A stretch of 64,000 bases of DNA, taken from assembly GCA_951406725.2 (NCBI GenBank), contig OX597818.1, forward strand, positions 113,460,001 through 113,524,000, written 5' to 3'. The position numbers and the translations under genes are program-made. Shown in pieces: positions 52,698 to 64,000 of the stretch. The notes under the pieces were generated by a model. It worked only from the letters and a program-made list of their open reading frames with translations. It searched no databases and was not told the DNA's origin. Numbering within the stretch: position 1 is the stretch's first letter; every line of letters begins with the position of its first letter. The DNA comes from Octopus vulgaris. Lineage: Eukaryota.

Positions 52698-53924
52698 ATT
52701 TAGTCTAATATATGTTTGCTTAAATAAACAATAGTCATGTCAGCCAATCGCTTTATTCTCCATCAATCTGTGTTTTATGTCACGCCGTCAATCCTCTTTT
52801 ATCATTGTGCTGCTAGCTATATTTCAACGTCCACTTTTACGTTCAAATACATTGTTGAAAGAAAGTAGGTAGACAATTGAATACTAGCAGAACACGACTT
52901 GAAATGTCTTCAGTAAAATTTCCAGAGCTCATCATAGTTTATAAAGCTAAAATAAAATAATTTTCCTATCAACAAAAGGAAATGTATAACTCGAACAAAA
53001 CTTCTCGCTTAGCTGTCAGAGATAAATTAAAGTTTCTGATGTAGTCATTTCAGGATTATATAAATCTATTCTATATTGTCGTAAACCTAGAGCATTATAC
53101 CCGTGCCGAAGGTGGGGGACGACGTATCTCTTAAGCGGTTAATGCTATGGAAACTGAGATTGTAATAATATGGTATATATTGATCTGAAAACGTATAAAT
53201 AAATACTTGAATGAAATCAGTAAGGTACCTTGCCGGAAGATGAATGTTTATAATATTATCTTTTGACATCCCAGGTCTAGTTTAGGCTAACCCAATAACA
53301 GTTTACAATTGTTCAGGCGTCACATGTGCAGTGTTTCTCAGTTATTTACGAGTTATTTTAGTCCATCCACGGTGGACGTAATAGCTTATACCGAACTCTA
53401 GCACTAAATCGTAAAACTAAAATTCCATTAATTTCCAATTGCTTCGGTTTCTGCAGCCAAATTGCACTTCAAAAGATCATATTTCACCAGAAGAAGTGCC
53501 TACTGACATAGATGAAGATAACTCCTTGCCATTAGCAATGTTTTGCATTCAACAACTTTTCAAATGTGGGCCGAGGAAATGGTTTTAATTTCAATAAGAA
53601 AGTTTTCTGAGAGTTTTTTTTTTTTTTGTCCTTTTAGGCTTAAATTAAAAAGTTGCTAAAGCCAAATCATTAATGGCTTTTTTTAGATTTCTATCGCTGA
53701 TTTTTTTTTTATTTACTGATACAAATCTAGGTCGTGATGGATAATTGAATTTTGTTTGAAAGATGAATTTTAAAGATAATCCATGAGAGATTAGTCCTGA
53801 CATTCCTATACTGTTTTTTTTTCAAAATTACTTGGGATATTTTTAACCATTCTTTTGTAAAGTAAACATATTTTCCTTACTTTCTGTTAGTATAAACAGT
53901 GTTAAAACACATTTTAAATCAGGG

Positions 53925-54260
53925 ATATTTTTCATCATTATCTGCAGTCAGCTGTCGCGACTGTGACAGTTCATGGCTGTTTTGGCATAACTTGGTAAGT
54001 TTTCTCCATACTGGTCGGTTTTTCACTTGGGTTTGCCATTTATTATGACCAATTCCTTTCCACGTCTGGTTCCTTTTTGCAGTATATTTGAATCTCATTC
54101 TGGGTCTTCCGTGGTTTCTTTTCCCCTTGCATTGTTGGGAATAAGGGATTTTCCTGAGGAGTCTGTTGTTGTATATCCTGTGTATGTGACCCAACCAACG
54201 TAAGTTTCTATCAACAAAGATTTCCATCATAGGAGGCAGACAAGAATACCGTAAGGTCTC
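53925..54260 (-). pseudogene. RTE-clade LINE 3' end
   Basis: RNLRWLGHIHRI..NRL.RKI.YS....GKRNHGRPRMRFK, the RTE C-terminal motif. Confidence 0.85.
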
Positions 54261-55799
54261 TTTATTTCTCATAAGGGATTCTATATGAAATTTAATCTTA
54301 GATCGTATGGATACTCAGGAATAAAACGTCTTATGAAAATAGCTAAGTAAACCTTTAGAAATACTGTGAATGCCCACTGTAGAGATGAAGATGGTAAATC
54401 GGAAGTTTATATTGTCAATAGCAACAACGCTTTGCAGAAGAGAATCAATAAGTAAATTAGCAATATTGCACTGTTTTGTAATTAGCATATTAGAATTGTT
54501 TTCATAATAATTAACTCGGACACGTTAATTAAATGTTATATATCAGTGCACTGTTTCCCTTCAAAACTAGAGCCATTAGGTCTTATTGCTGCGGAAGTAG
54601 GTACCAGGATAAGATAAAAGGTTTGTTTTTTTTTTTCTTATTAAGAAAGTTCAATTCGCTCGTCTGAGACTCCACAAGTCATACCGTTTGTATAATATTA
54701 ACTACTGCTTTCTTCAAGGAACTACGTGCTATTCAGATTAGAAACTGAAGCCACGATTTTGCTATCGTGAGTCCATCACCCTAACCATTAGGCTACTCGT
54801 TTCAAATTTAGAAAGTATATCGAGGATGCTTTCGGAACATAAAGGAAGCTGATATATTAACACTGTTGTAAAATACTATAGATTTCTGCTATTCTCTTTT
54901 CAGCTTGAAAGAAGGCGTCTTGCCTGAGAAAAGAATCAGCCTTGGTCACAAGGGGATATCGTTGGTTGTTCACAACAATATATCTTTCCGTGCTACCTGC
55001 AGTTTGTTGTTATTGAGTCCCAGATCATCTCTGATCCAGAAGATCGATGACACAGAGAAATAACTTATTGATAGATGTGAACTCGATCCGAATATGATAG
55101 CTGCTGTTTTTCTACATTTATCATTGCAGAATATCTGAGGTTGGCTCATCAATAATCATATTTTAACTTAGATTGAGAAGCAGCTAAGTGAGAATTCTCA
55201 AGAGTATTCTGTTATTCTGTTTGTTCTTTTTTTTCTTTTTGCCATCACACTTCCCCTCTCTTTTTCTTTCTCTTTTTCTGTGTCTCTTTTGTTATGCTTT
55301 CTGGAGAAGCAACAACAGAATGCTTACAGCAAAAATCCGTACCTTCTCCAAGATATTTTTTATGGCTACCAAGAAAGAGAAATTGAAATATTTCCTTTTC
55401 AAATTGTCTTTTACCATGTAATTTTTGTGCTGTTTTTTTAATATTTCCTTCACAAATTGTCTTACATCATCTATTTTTGTTGTTTACTTTATCATTCCTT
55501 GTTTGTTTCTGTTTTTCTTTATAATATTAATGAATGTATTCAATATGTTTCTTTCGATAGAAAACTGACAATGATAACAAATATGAAATTATATTCAAAA
55601 ATATTTAATTAAATTTTCCAGCGGTTTAGATTCCATCTGCAAGTGACACTGACAACGTGTACAAAATATTTTTCAATCGATGCCAAAATTCTATTCGAGT
55701 ACGTTTACAGCTTAACAGAAGTGTAATTAAAATATATGGGATATAACTGCCAGTACGACTAATGGTACTGTGGCGGCGAAAAATATATTGCATATGGCC

Positions 55800-56360
55800 A
55801 ATAATGGTTTCAAATTTTGGCGCAGGGCCAGCAATTTCGAGGGATAGGAGGGGTTAGTTGATTAAGTCGACCTCAGTGTTCTTCCGGTACTTATTTTATC
55901 GAAGTCGAAAGGATAGAAGACAAAGCCGACCCCGGTAGAATTTGAGCTGAGAACCTAAAGACGGATGAGATGCCACAAACATTTTCCAGGCTAGCAATCG
56001 ACTCTACCAGCTCCTTGCCTTGCATACGTTTTATAATGGTTTTAAATTTTAACTCAAGTCCATCAAGTTCGAGGTAAGGTGGTAAGTCGATTACATCGAC
56101 CTCAGCGCTGAACTGGTACTTAATTTATCGACCCCGAAAGGGTGAAAGGTATAGCTGGAAGGTTAAAACAGACGAAATGCCGCGAAGCATTTTGCTGACG
56201 ATTCTGCCAGCCTGTCGCCTTGCAATACGGTAAATAATCTTTTCTGCTCTAAGCACAAGGCCTGAAATTTTGGGGGAAGGGGCCAGTCGATTAGATCGAC
56301 CCAAGTACGCAACCAGTACCTAATTTATCGGCCCCGAAAGGATGAAATGTAAGATCGAAG
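55800..56360 (-). mobile_element. Three tandem old SINE family C copies
   Basis: Degenerate Meta-like units at about 55805-56020, 56035-56220 and 56235-56355; the first two have their own heads. Confidence 0.75.
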
Positions 56361-56553
56361 CGATGATATTGATTTCGTTTGCATAAGATACAAAACATTA
56401 TATCTTTAAATGAGAAGAATCTAAAATAGTGACTTATTATCTATCTCGCCGAGAAGCATCGGGGAATTAAAGGGTAGGAAAATCACTTTCAACCTGAGAT
56501 TGAAATTGGTACCTAGTCTTTTCATAAGATAAACAATTGGTTTGTGGAATATA

Positions 56554-57539
56554 CAGGTTGCGGCAGAAATAAAGCCCTTTTTATTTACTTTTTTTTTTTA
56601 TTGTACAAAAATCTATTACAGTATTTAAAGAAATGAAAAAAAAAACAATTAATGAAATTAAATTGCAGTAGTTTCGAGAAATTTACTAAGTAATGCTCCA
56701 TCAAAATAACGTAATTCATTATGATTAAAAACTTAATTAACATGTTCAAAACGCTCTCTTTCGTTTTCAGTACAATGCTGAACCCCACCAGCAACACTTC
56801 TTCAAACCTTTTGACACATTTCCCCGCTAATTGCAGAAAATTTATCAGAAATTGCTTGTTTTAATTCATGAATTGTTTTCGGTTTCAGGGAATAAATAAG
56901 ATCTTTCAATACACCCACAAGGAAAATGTCAGGTGGTGTTAGGTCTGATGATGGCGATGACCACTCAATTGCTCAACGTTGTCCTATTCATCTCACCTTA
57001 AAATTAAGATTTAACCATTCCTGAACGTTTGACCTGTAGTGAGATGAAAGTAGAAAACTATACAAATTAAGGCGGCGAGCTGGCAGAAACTTTAGCACGC
57101 CGGGCAAAATGCTTAGCAGTATTTCGTCTGCTGCTACGTTCTGAGTTCAAATTCCACCGAGGTTGACTTTGCCTTTTATCCTTTCCGGGTCGATAAATTA
57201 AGTACCAGTTACGCACTGGGGTCGATGTAATCGACTTAATCCCTTTGTCTGTCCTTGTTTGTCCTCTCTGAGTTTAGCCCCTTGTGGGTAGTAAAGAAAT
57301 AGGTATTTCGTCTGCCGCTACGTTCTGAGTTCAAATTCCGCTGAGGTCGACTTTGCCTTTCATCCTTTCCGGGTCGATAAATTGAGTACCAGTTACGCAC
57401 TGGGGTCGATATAATCAACTTAATCCGTTTGTCTGTCCTTGTTTGTCCTCTCTGTGTTTAGCCCCTTGTGGGTAGTAAAGAAATACAAAACTATACAAAT
57501 TATACAAATAAGAAAGAGCGTAACTTCTGCCGCACCCTG
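56554..57539 (-). mobile_element. Internally deleted Tc1/mariner-superfamily element containing a SINE
   Basis: TA-flanked TIRs caggttgcggcagaa / ttctgccgcaccctg; remnant IEWSSPSSDLTPPDIFL..VLKD (cf. WP.RSPDL.P.DF.LWG.LK) at about 56900-56970. Confidence 0.8.
57070..57486 (+). mobile_element. SINE family C dimer with 16-bp TSD
   Basis: AAAACTATACAAATTA at 57054-57069 and 57487-57502. Confidence 0.92.
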
Positions 57540-58384
57540 TATGTTACCCCTAACTTGCAATAATTGTTTCATGTTCTCAGTTTGAAAGCTTCATATTAAA
57601 ATGCTTTATTAACAAGAAACAAGCGCTTAATTAGCTCACATCAGTTCTTGTTCGCGACTGAAAGTCCAGAAAGTTGAAATATGCAACATAATCCATGTCA
57701 CAGTAATATTCGAGCATGTCAAATCTATGTGCGCAATTTAAGTACGCAATTAGGCCACATGGCAACAATTCTCTATGTATGTCATGTGCGTTATTTTAGT
57801 GGCGTTGATTCGGTTGGTTTGGTTGGCTTGGCTGATAAAATGGTTTTGACAAAATACTATAAAATGACGTTTACAAAAGAAATATATCGATTTCATTTCT
57901 AATTGTTTTCAGGAATAAAATAACATTATATTTCAGACAACGCATTAATATATTTTGCGTAAATAACTCTTTTTGGCTGACGTTTAAAGCATATTGTGGT
58001 CTAAAGAATTGCCGTGTCAATGAAGAAATAGCAGCATTTGTTTACGCCATTGTCGTTAATGACCTAGGAAAAGATATAGCTTACCACATCCCATAAAAAT
58101 ATCAAGTTTCATTTGTATATAACAAAGAATGTCTCAAAGTAGAGAAGCATCGCTAAATCAATCGTGAAGCAATGTTTACGTAATGATTTCTTATCTCGGC
58201 ACACGGCCAAACGTTTAGAAGGAGAATAATATAACCGATTGAAACAACTCCAAAATATATATTGTATTTATTTCACTGATGTTGAAGGAGAGAGGGATGT
58301 CAAAGTCACCCCTGATTTAACCGAAATTTTGAATATAAAGGGAAATACAAATCCTGCGATGCGTACAACTATGCCTGTCCACTC

Positions 58385-58647
58385 CACTGCCCTCTCCATG
58401 TGACTTTATATCAACGCCACCACATCACACCGTAACGGTACTTCACTTCGGTAATCTAAAGCTGATGCGAAATAGGTGCTTCTACACTGTTTAACGCTGA
58501 ATATGAAACTCACTTCACTGCCCTCTCCATATGACTTTTTATCAACACCACCACATCACACCGTAACGGTACTTCACTTCGGTAATCTAAAGCTGATGCG
58601 AAGTAGGTGCTTCTACACTGTTTAACGATGTATATGAAACTCGCTTC
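58385..58647. repeat. 131-bp tandem duplication
   Basis: Units start at 58385 and 58516 and differ by only a few substitutions. Confidence 0.92.
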
Positions 58648-59189
58648 AAAACGAGTTCATTGCCACCTTCTTATTAACTGTTACGTATCTGAACGAAAAA
58701 TTGATTACTGTTACGAGAAGATAAGATCAGCACAGAAAGAGATAAATATCATTTAATGAACAGAGTATGAAGGTACGGACTACAAATAGTTTCTTGCCGT
58801 GAGGGCACGTTTCCAGGCATCCTTTTATAACATACCCAGACACAGATCTGCCCAGAAACGTGTCTCCAGAGCAAAAAAAAAAATATTTGTAGAAATAACG
58901 ATTAAAGATATTGAAAACCGTAACATTAATTATTATTTGTGTGTACTTGAACATTCTACCTTCGTTCCCCACCACCACCACCAAAAGATAGTCCATCTCA
59001 GAAATTCAAATCAGATGCAAATACGTTCGATGGACTGTAACAGCAGATGTAATGACTAGATTTGTGACTAACGGCATATGAGTTGATTCGGTCGGTTAAA
59101 AGTTAACTGAATCTCGGCATCGGCGAACAGTTTGCTTGCAGTTGCTGCTGCTGTTGAGCGAAGCGGTCTTCGTCCCAGTGTGAGAAGTC

Positions 59190-59512
59190 CGAAACGTGGT
59201 CCTTTGCTATTCGTAAGACACGCAGAAGAGAAAGCAGGTCAACCCCCGACACCGAGAGCATCGACGGATGGAGGAATGCGCATCCAGGTTCAGCGGTTGC
59301 GTAGGAAGTCGGGGACAAGAAACAGGAAAAAAGAGTGAGAGAACGTTGGAGCGAAAGAGTACAACAGGGGTCACCCCCACCCCCTGCCGGAGCCTCGTGA
59401 AGCTTTAGGTGTTTTCGCTCAATAAACACACACAACGCCCAGTTTGGGAATCGGAACCGCGATCCTCCGACCGCGAGTCCGCTGCCCTAACCACTGGGCC
59501 ATTGCGCCTCCA
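59190..59512 (-). mobile_element. tRNA-headed SINE family D variant
   Basis: gtggaggcgcaaTGGCCCAGTGGttagggcagcggactcgcgg…GGTTCCGATTCC; head and body shared with 32740-32920, tail different. Confidence 0.85.
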
Positions 59513-59739
59513 CTTGCGGTTGCTGCTTTGGCTGTATTTGCTACATCTGCCTTGGAAAGCGAGGTGCATCATATATCAAGGCCCTTCATCTTCATTCCTG
59601 GGCATGAAAGAGAAAAGAAACGTTTGTCAAGACTTGAAAGTTCAAAGCTTAAATAATTGCACCACTGCCATTGTGGCAATCGACTATAACAAGGATCCGA
59701 CATGTCAGCAAAGTGGGCAAGGACTTTCTCTTTCCCCCT

Positions 59740-59799
<60 letters not shown>

Positions 59800-60541
59800 A
59801 ACAACAACAGGATTAAGAAAAACACAGCAACAGCAGCAATGATAGCAGGGATAACAGTCTTCTCCTGGAAGAGGAGGAGGAATTTCTATCGTTGAAAGTT
59901 CAAAGTTCAAAAACTTGCACCACTCTAACGGCACAAAAGAGAGTAGCAGTAGAACAATAACAACAACATGAAAACAGTAACAACAACAGCAATATAGTTA
60001 CTAAAAGGAACAGCAGCAGCTGCAGCAGTAGTAGCAGCAATAGTAGCAACGGCTGTGACGATAGCAATTGTAGCAGAGAGCAGGGGCAGCAATAGGAACA
60101 AGGAAGAAGGGTAACAGTAAGAGTACTAGCAACGCTTTATCCACAACAACAGCAGCAATTACACCATCAACGAAAGGAAAACACACAAACGCAACTGCGA
60201 ACGTACCTGAGCGTCGACGAGAGTCATCTAGCTGGTCTGTTCTGGAAGGTAGTCTGGCCGGGCAGTGCTACCGGAAGAGGGGACATTGCCGATTCGGGAT
60301 AAACTCTACAGGTATCGTTGTGCAGTCAGCAGGGCCATCTTGAGACGTGTGCAGCGTGACAAAACTATTCTAGAGGTACTCTCGGACAGTACCCGAGCAT
60401 TACTGAATTGTGAAGTAAATACGTGGTAACTCCATCACGACACACAAGGATCCGACACGTCAGCAAAGTGGGCCAGGACTTTCTCTTTCCCCCTTATTCT
60501 CTCTCTCTCTTTCTCTCTCTCTCTTTCTCTCTCTCTCTCTT

Positions 60542-60586
<45 letters not shown>

Positions 60587-61010
60587 TTCTCTTTTTCTCA
60601 TTCTTTAAAGTTTTGTTATGGAGACTTAAACACGAAATATCAAAACTAATTATATATTTCTACGGAATAAGTGAAATATCTTTGTTGTAAACATTTTTGT
60701 CACAGCGTCACATTTATGTATTTTCTTTAAAATGGAAAGGTGCACAAAGGGTTTTATACCTTGTAGAAGGAAAATGAATACATAGATGTTTCATGTGAAA
60801 TCAAAAGAAATTTCTATAAAGTGTCTTCCGCGTAGTGACAAGGAATGTATGTACAGGATTTGTGCCAAAAGAAATTATAATCAACAGTTGTGTAGTTAAC
60901 CTCAGCTGAGCTGTAACAGACGAGAAATAACACCTGATGACAATAACGAATCGTCGATCATTCTCTCAGAAGGTTGCCATATTATCGACTTTACTTTCTC
61001 TGACACATAA

Positions 61011-61115
61011 ATATATCTTTAGTGTTCACAGCAAACAAAAATCGAAAAAGATGCCATATGATATATCTTTAGTGTTCACAGCAAACAAAAATCGAAAAAG
61101 ATGCCATATGATATA
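61011..61115. repeat. ~50-bp tandem duplication
   Basis: atatatctttagtgttcacagcaaacaaaaatcgaaaaagatgccatatg x2. Confidence 0.9.
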
Positions 61116-61469
61116 TTAAAACAAAAACCAACAGAAAAACAAAACTAACATGTCTCAAGTATATGCCAATCGAAGATTAATTACAACTCTGGCATCAAAT
61201 ACAATTTTTTTTTAACTCTTAAGTTATGGAGAAGTAAAATTAATAAATGATGACAATCAAAGCTGTCTGCAATGCACCATTGTAATCACTTCCTCGCTAA
61301 CACTTCTCTCAAAAACAATCTTCTTAATGACGCTTCCTTGTATTTATATCATTGTCTTTCAGTAAATTGTTTATGTGTTGACTTGTTTATTTAATTTTTT
61401 TCTTTCACTTTGCTGCATGATTATATTGATGTATGTATTTATTAGGCATCATTACCAAAATATAATTAA

Positions 61470-61472
61470 TGA

Positions 61473-61532
<60 letters not shown>

Positions 61533-61574
61533 ATTATTATCATTATTATCATTATTATTATTATTATTATTATT

Positions 61575-61615
<41 letters not shown>

Positions 61616-61638
61616 TATTGTTGTTGTTATTATTATTA

Positions 61639-61672
<34 letters not shown>

Positions 61673-61680
61673 CATAGTTA
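61470..61680. repeat. (ATT)n/(ATC)n repeat
   Basis: Seen directly. Confidence 0.95.
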
Positions 61681-62039
61681 TGATAACTGTATAGATTCTA
61701 AGTTCAAATACCATCGAGATCGTCTTTACTTTTTATCCCTTTCGAGATAATAAACTTCAATACCAGTTATGTACTTGGGTCGATGTAATCGACCAACTCG
61801 CACCGCCTCCGAATTTCAGGCCTTGTATCTATATTAGAAATAATTATTTTCATAACGGCGGTGGATTACCAGAATCGCTGGATCGTCGTAAAATGTGTTT
61901 TGTAGTAGCTGTTCTGGCTTTTAACATTCCGAGCTCAAATCGTGCCGTGGTTAACTTTGATTTTTATACCTTTCGAGAACGAAGAAACAAAGTACCATTG
62001 AAGTACTGGACTAATTTAATCAACTAACCTTTTAACCAA

Positions 62040-62380
62040 ATTTCACTATACTCGTTGCCAACCCTCACCTTACTGACAGCATCCCTGTACTGGGCTTCTA
62101 CAGCTCTTACCAACCACTCATCTATCTCTAGCTTCTGCATTGATCACTAGATAAGAGAACGGAGGATGCTGTCAAAGACTTCCTCCAAGCAGGCAAAAGC
62201 AAAGTACAGAGGTTTATCTTTGGTCAGGTATTTCTCCTGCAGTTGACTTACCAGAAATATTAGCATCAGTGATGCTTCTATCTGGCACAAAACCAAACTG
62301 CATCTCATCTAGGCTAGATCTTTCCCTAATTACTTATCCATGCACTTATGATGGATATAGACTCGTGAGAGCACCGGAAA
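62040..62380 (-). pseudogene. RTE-clade LINE reverse transcriptase fragment
   Basis: LDEMQFGFVPDRSITDA..FLVSQLQEKYLTKDKPLYFAFACLEEVFDS...EWLVRAVEAQYRDAVSKVRVGNEYSE. Confidence 0.88.
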
Positions 62381-62994
62381 AATCACAGCCTGTCGTTTCC
62401 ATAACGGAAGAACACCCTGGCCAATGTAATTCGTGAAATACAAAAATATTGGATTGACATGGCTGGAAAGGTTTGCTCAACTAAAACTGAGCAATGATAA
62501 GTACAGTGTATGTTAAAGAGTACCTTGGTTCCTCTAAGATATAAATGTGTTGTAATATCTTAAACAAATGAAACCGATACTATAACAAGTGCAGCCGCGA
62601 GGGGGATTGGTGCATTTGTCGGCGTTAGGAAATCTTTTGTAGCTGCAGTAATCTTTATCTCCGGTCACGATTTACGATCATTTTTTACTTTTCATTTGAA
62701 AAGGAAGGTGTGGCTGGAGAAGAGATGTCTGTTGGAGAGTATGTTCAAAAGGAGATGGAAGCACGTTGCACGAGTGGTGTGCGTGAAAGGAACCGTGTGA
62801 ATAGACTATAAAAGAAGAATACAAAAAAAAGGTACCAGTGATAGATCAGGGCTTGTGGGGTCGGAGCGTGGCCGGATCATCGCTACATTTGTGTTGTCTC
62901 TGTATTGTTAATTTCATTCGAATTTTTAAAAATATTTTATATAATTTTTATATTCATATTTTATGTAAAATCATAACGTATTACTGATCCCAAT

Positions 62995-63432
62995 TAGTTG
63001 TTTTGTCCATTTCTGTGTTTGGTCCCCTGTGGGCATTAAAGAAATTGGTATTTCGTCTGTCTTTAGGTTCTGAGTTCAAAATTCCGCCAACGTCGACTTT
63101 GCCTTTCATCCCTTCGGGGTCGATACATTAATACCAGTTACAGACTGGGGTCGATGTAATCGACTTAATCCCTTTGTCTGTCCTTGTTTTTCCCCTCTAT
63201 GTTTAGCCCCTTGAAGGCAATAAAGAAATAAGAAACGTTAGCAATCCGGACGAAATACTTAGCGGTATTTCGTCTGTCTATACGTTCTGAGTTCAAATTA
63301 CGCCGAGGTCGACTTTGCCTTTTATACTTTCGGGGGTCGAGGAAATAAGTGACAGTTGCATACTGGGGTCGATCTAATCGTCTGGCCTCTCTCCCCAAAA
63401 ATTTAGGACCTTGTGCCTAGAGTAGAAAAGAA
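62995..63432 (+). mobile_element. SINE family C multimer
   Basis: Tail A remnant, a unit with tail A, then a partial head and a unit with tail B. Older fragments lie at 61700-62030. Confidence 0.85.
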
Positions 63433-64000
63433 GACTTAGCTGGCGCATTAATTTATATTTTGGTTTCGTTGAGGAGGTTCTCTTCTGATTGCAACTTGAG
63501 TTGATACCTTCTTTACTACGCTGCCCTAGTTTTTCTTTCCCGAGATATTGTTAGATATAATAGATGAAGAGAATGTATTCTATGTAGTATATTGTCGTGC
63601 GTTAAAGCTGTTGCTTCTTGCGTTGACCAAAAGTGGTTTCTGTTTTACGTCATTTTCTTAGTATTACTTTGTACATTGATTAACTATTTTTACTTGGATG
63701 TCTTATATAAGAATGCTGTAGACGCGATGCACGTAAATCTTATCTTTATTCTTTCTCAGTGCATGTAACATGCTAATATTGTTGATTTTCAGGATTGGCT
63801 GCATTAGATTATTGCTTTTAGTTTTGCTGGTGAGAAGAAATATTGTGCATTTGGTGGACGGTAATTTTCGTCTCTTTACTGAAAGGTTTCTCTACTGCTT
63901 GTTCTTTTCCCCATTTCAAATAAATGCATTTCGTGTCCTATTACTTAGTTTTTTTTCATGTAATGTCGTTTGTGTTGTCTATGTAGTGGATGTATCTAGG

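Noticed and set aside
56940-56965. CTGATGA motif
   Set aside because: It is the antisense of the transposase SSDL codons, with no GAAA or helices.

Overview
AT-rich, repeat-dense, non-genic eukaryotic DNA. The SINE set, microsatellite load and mariner types suggest a cephalopod, probably octopus (inference). No intact host protein-coding gene is supported, and most ORFs in the track are microsatellite artefacts. The window contains several tRNA-headed SINE families, two near-full-length dead mariners, a deleted Tc1/mariner, a non-autonomous Helitron, fragments of Tx1-, RTE- and R4/Dong-like LINEs, fold-back palindromes, and many Penelope-like element (PLE) remnants carrying minimal type I hammerhead ribozymes (HHR). 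The best candidate for an undescribed system is a PLE family whose terminal repeat holds a tRNA-like Pol III promoter about 20 nt after the GIY-YIG stop codon, followed by a microsatellite and an HHR (28775-29560). A second copy (9420-9818) is this module alone: it starts almost at the tRNA 5' end, has a 14-bp target-site duplication (TSD) and an inverted HHR fragment, and so looks like a Penelope-mobilised, ribozyme-bearing SINE. All calls were made by eye; boundaries without a TSD or TIR are approximate.
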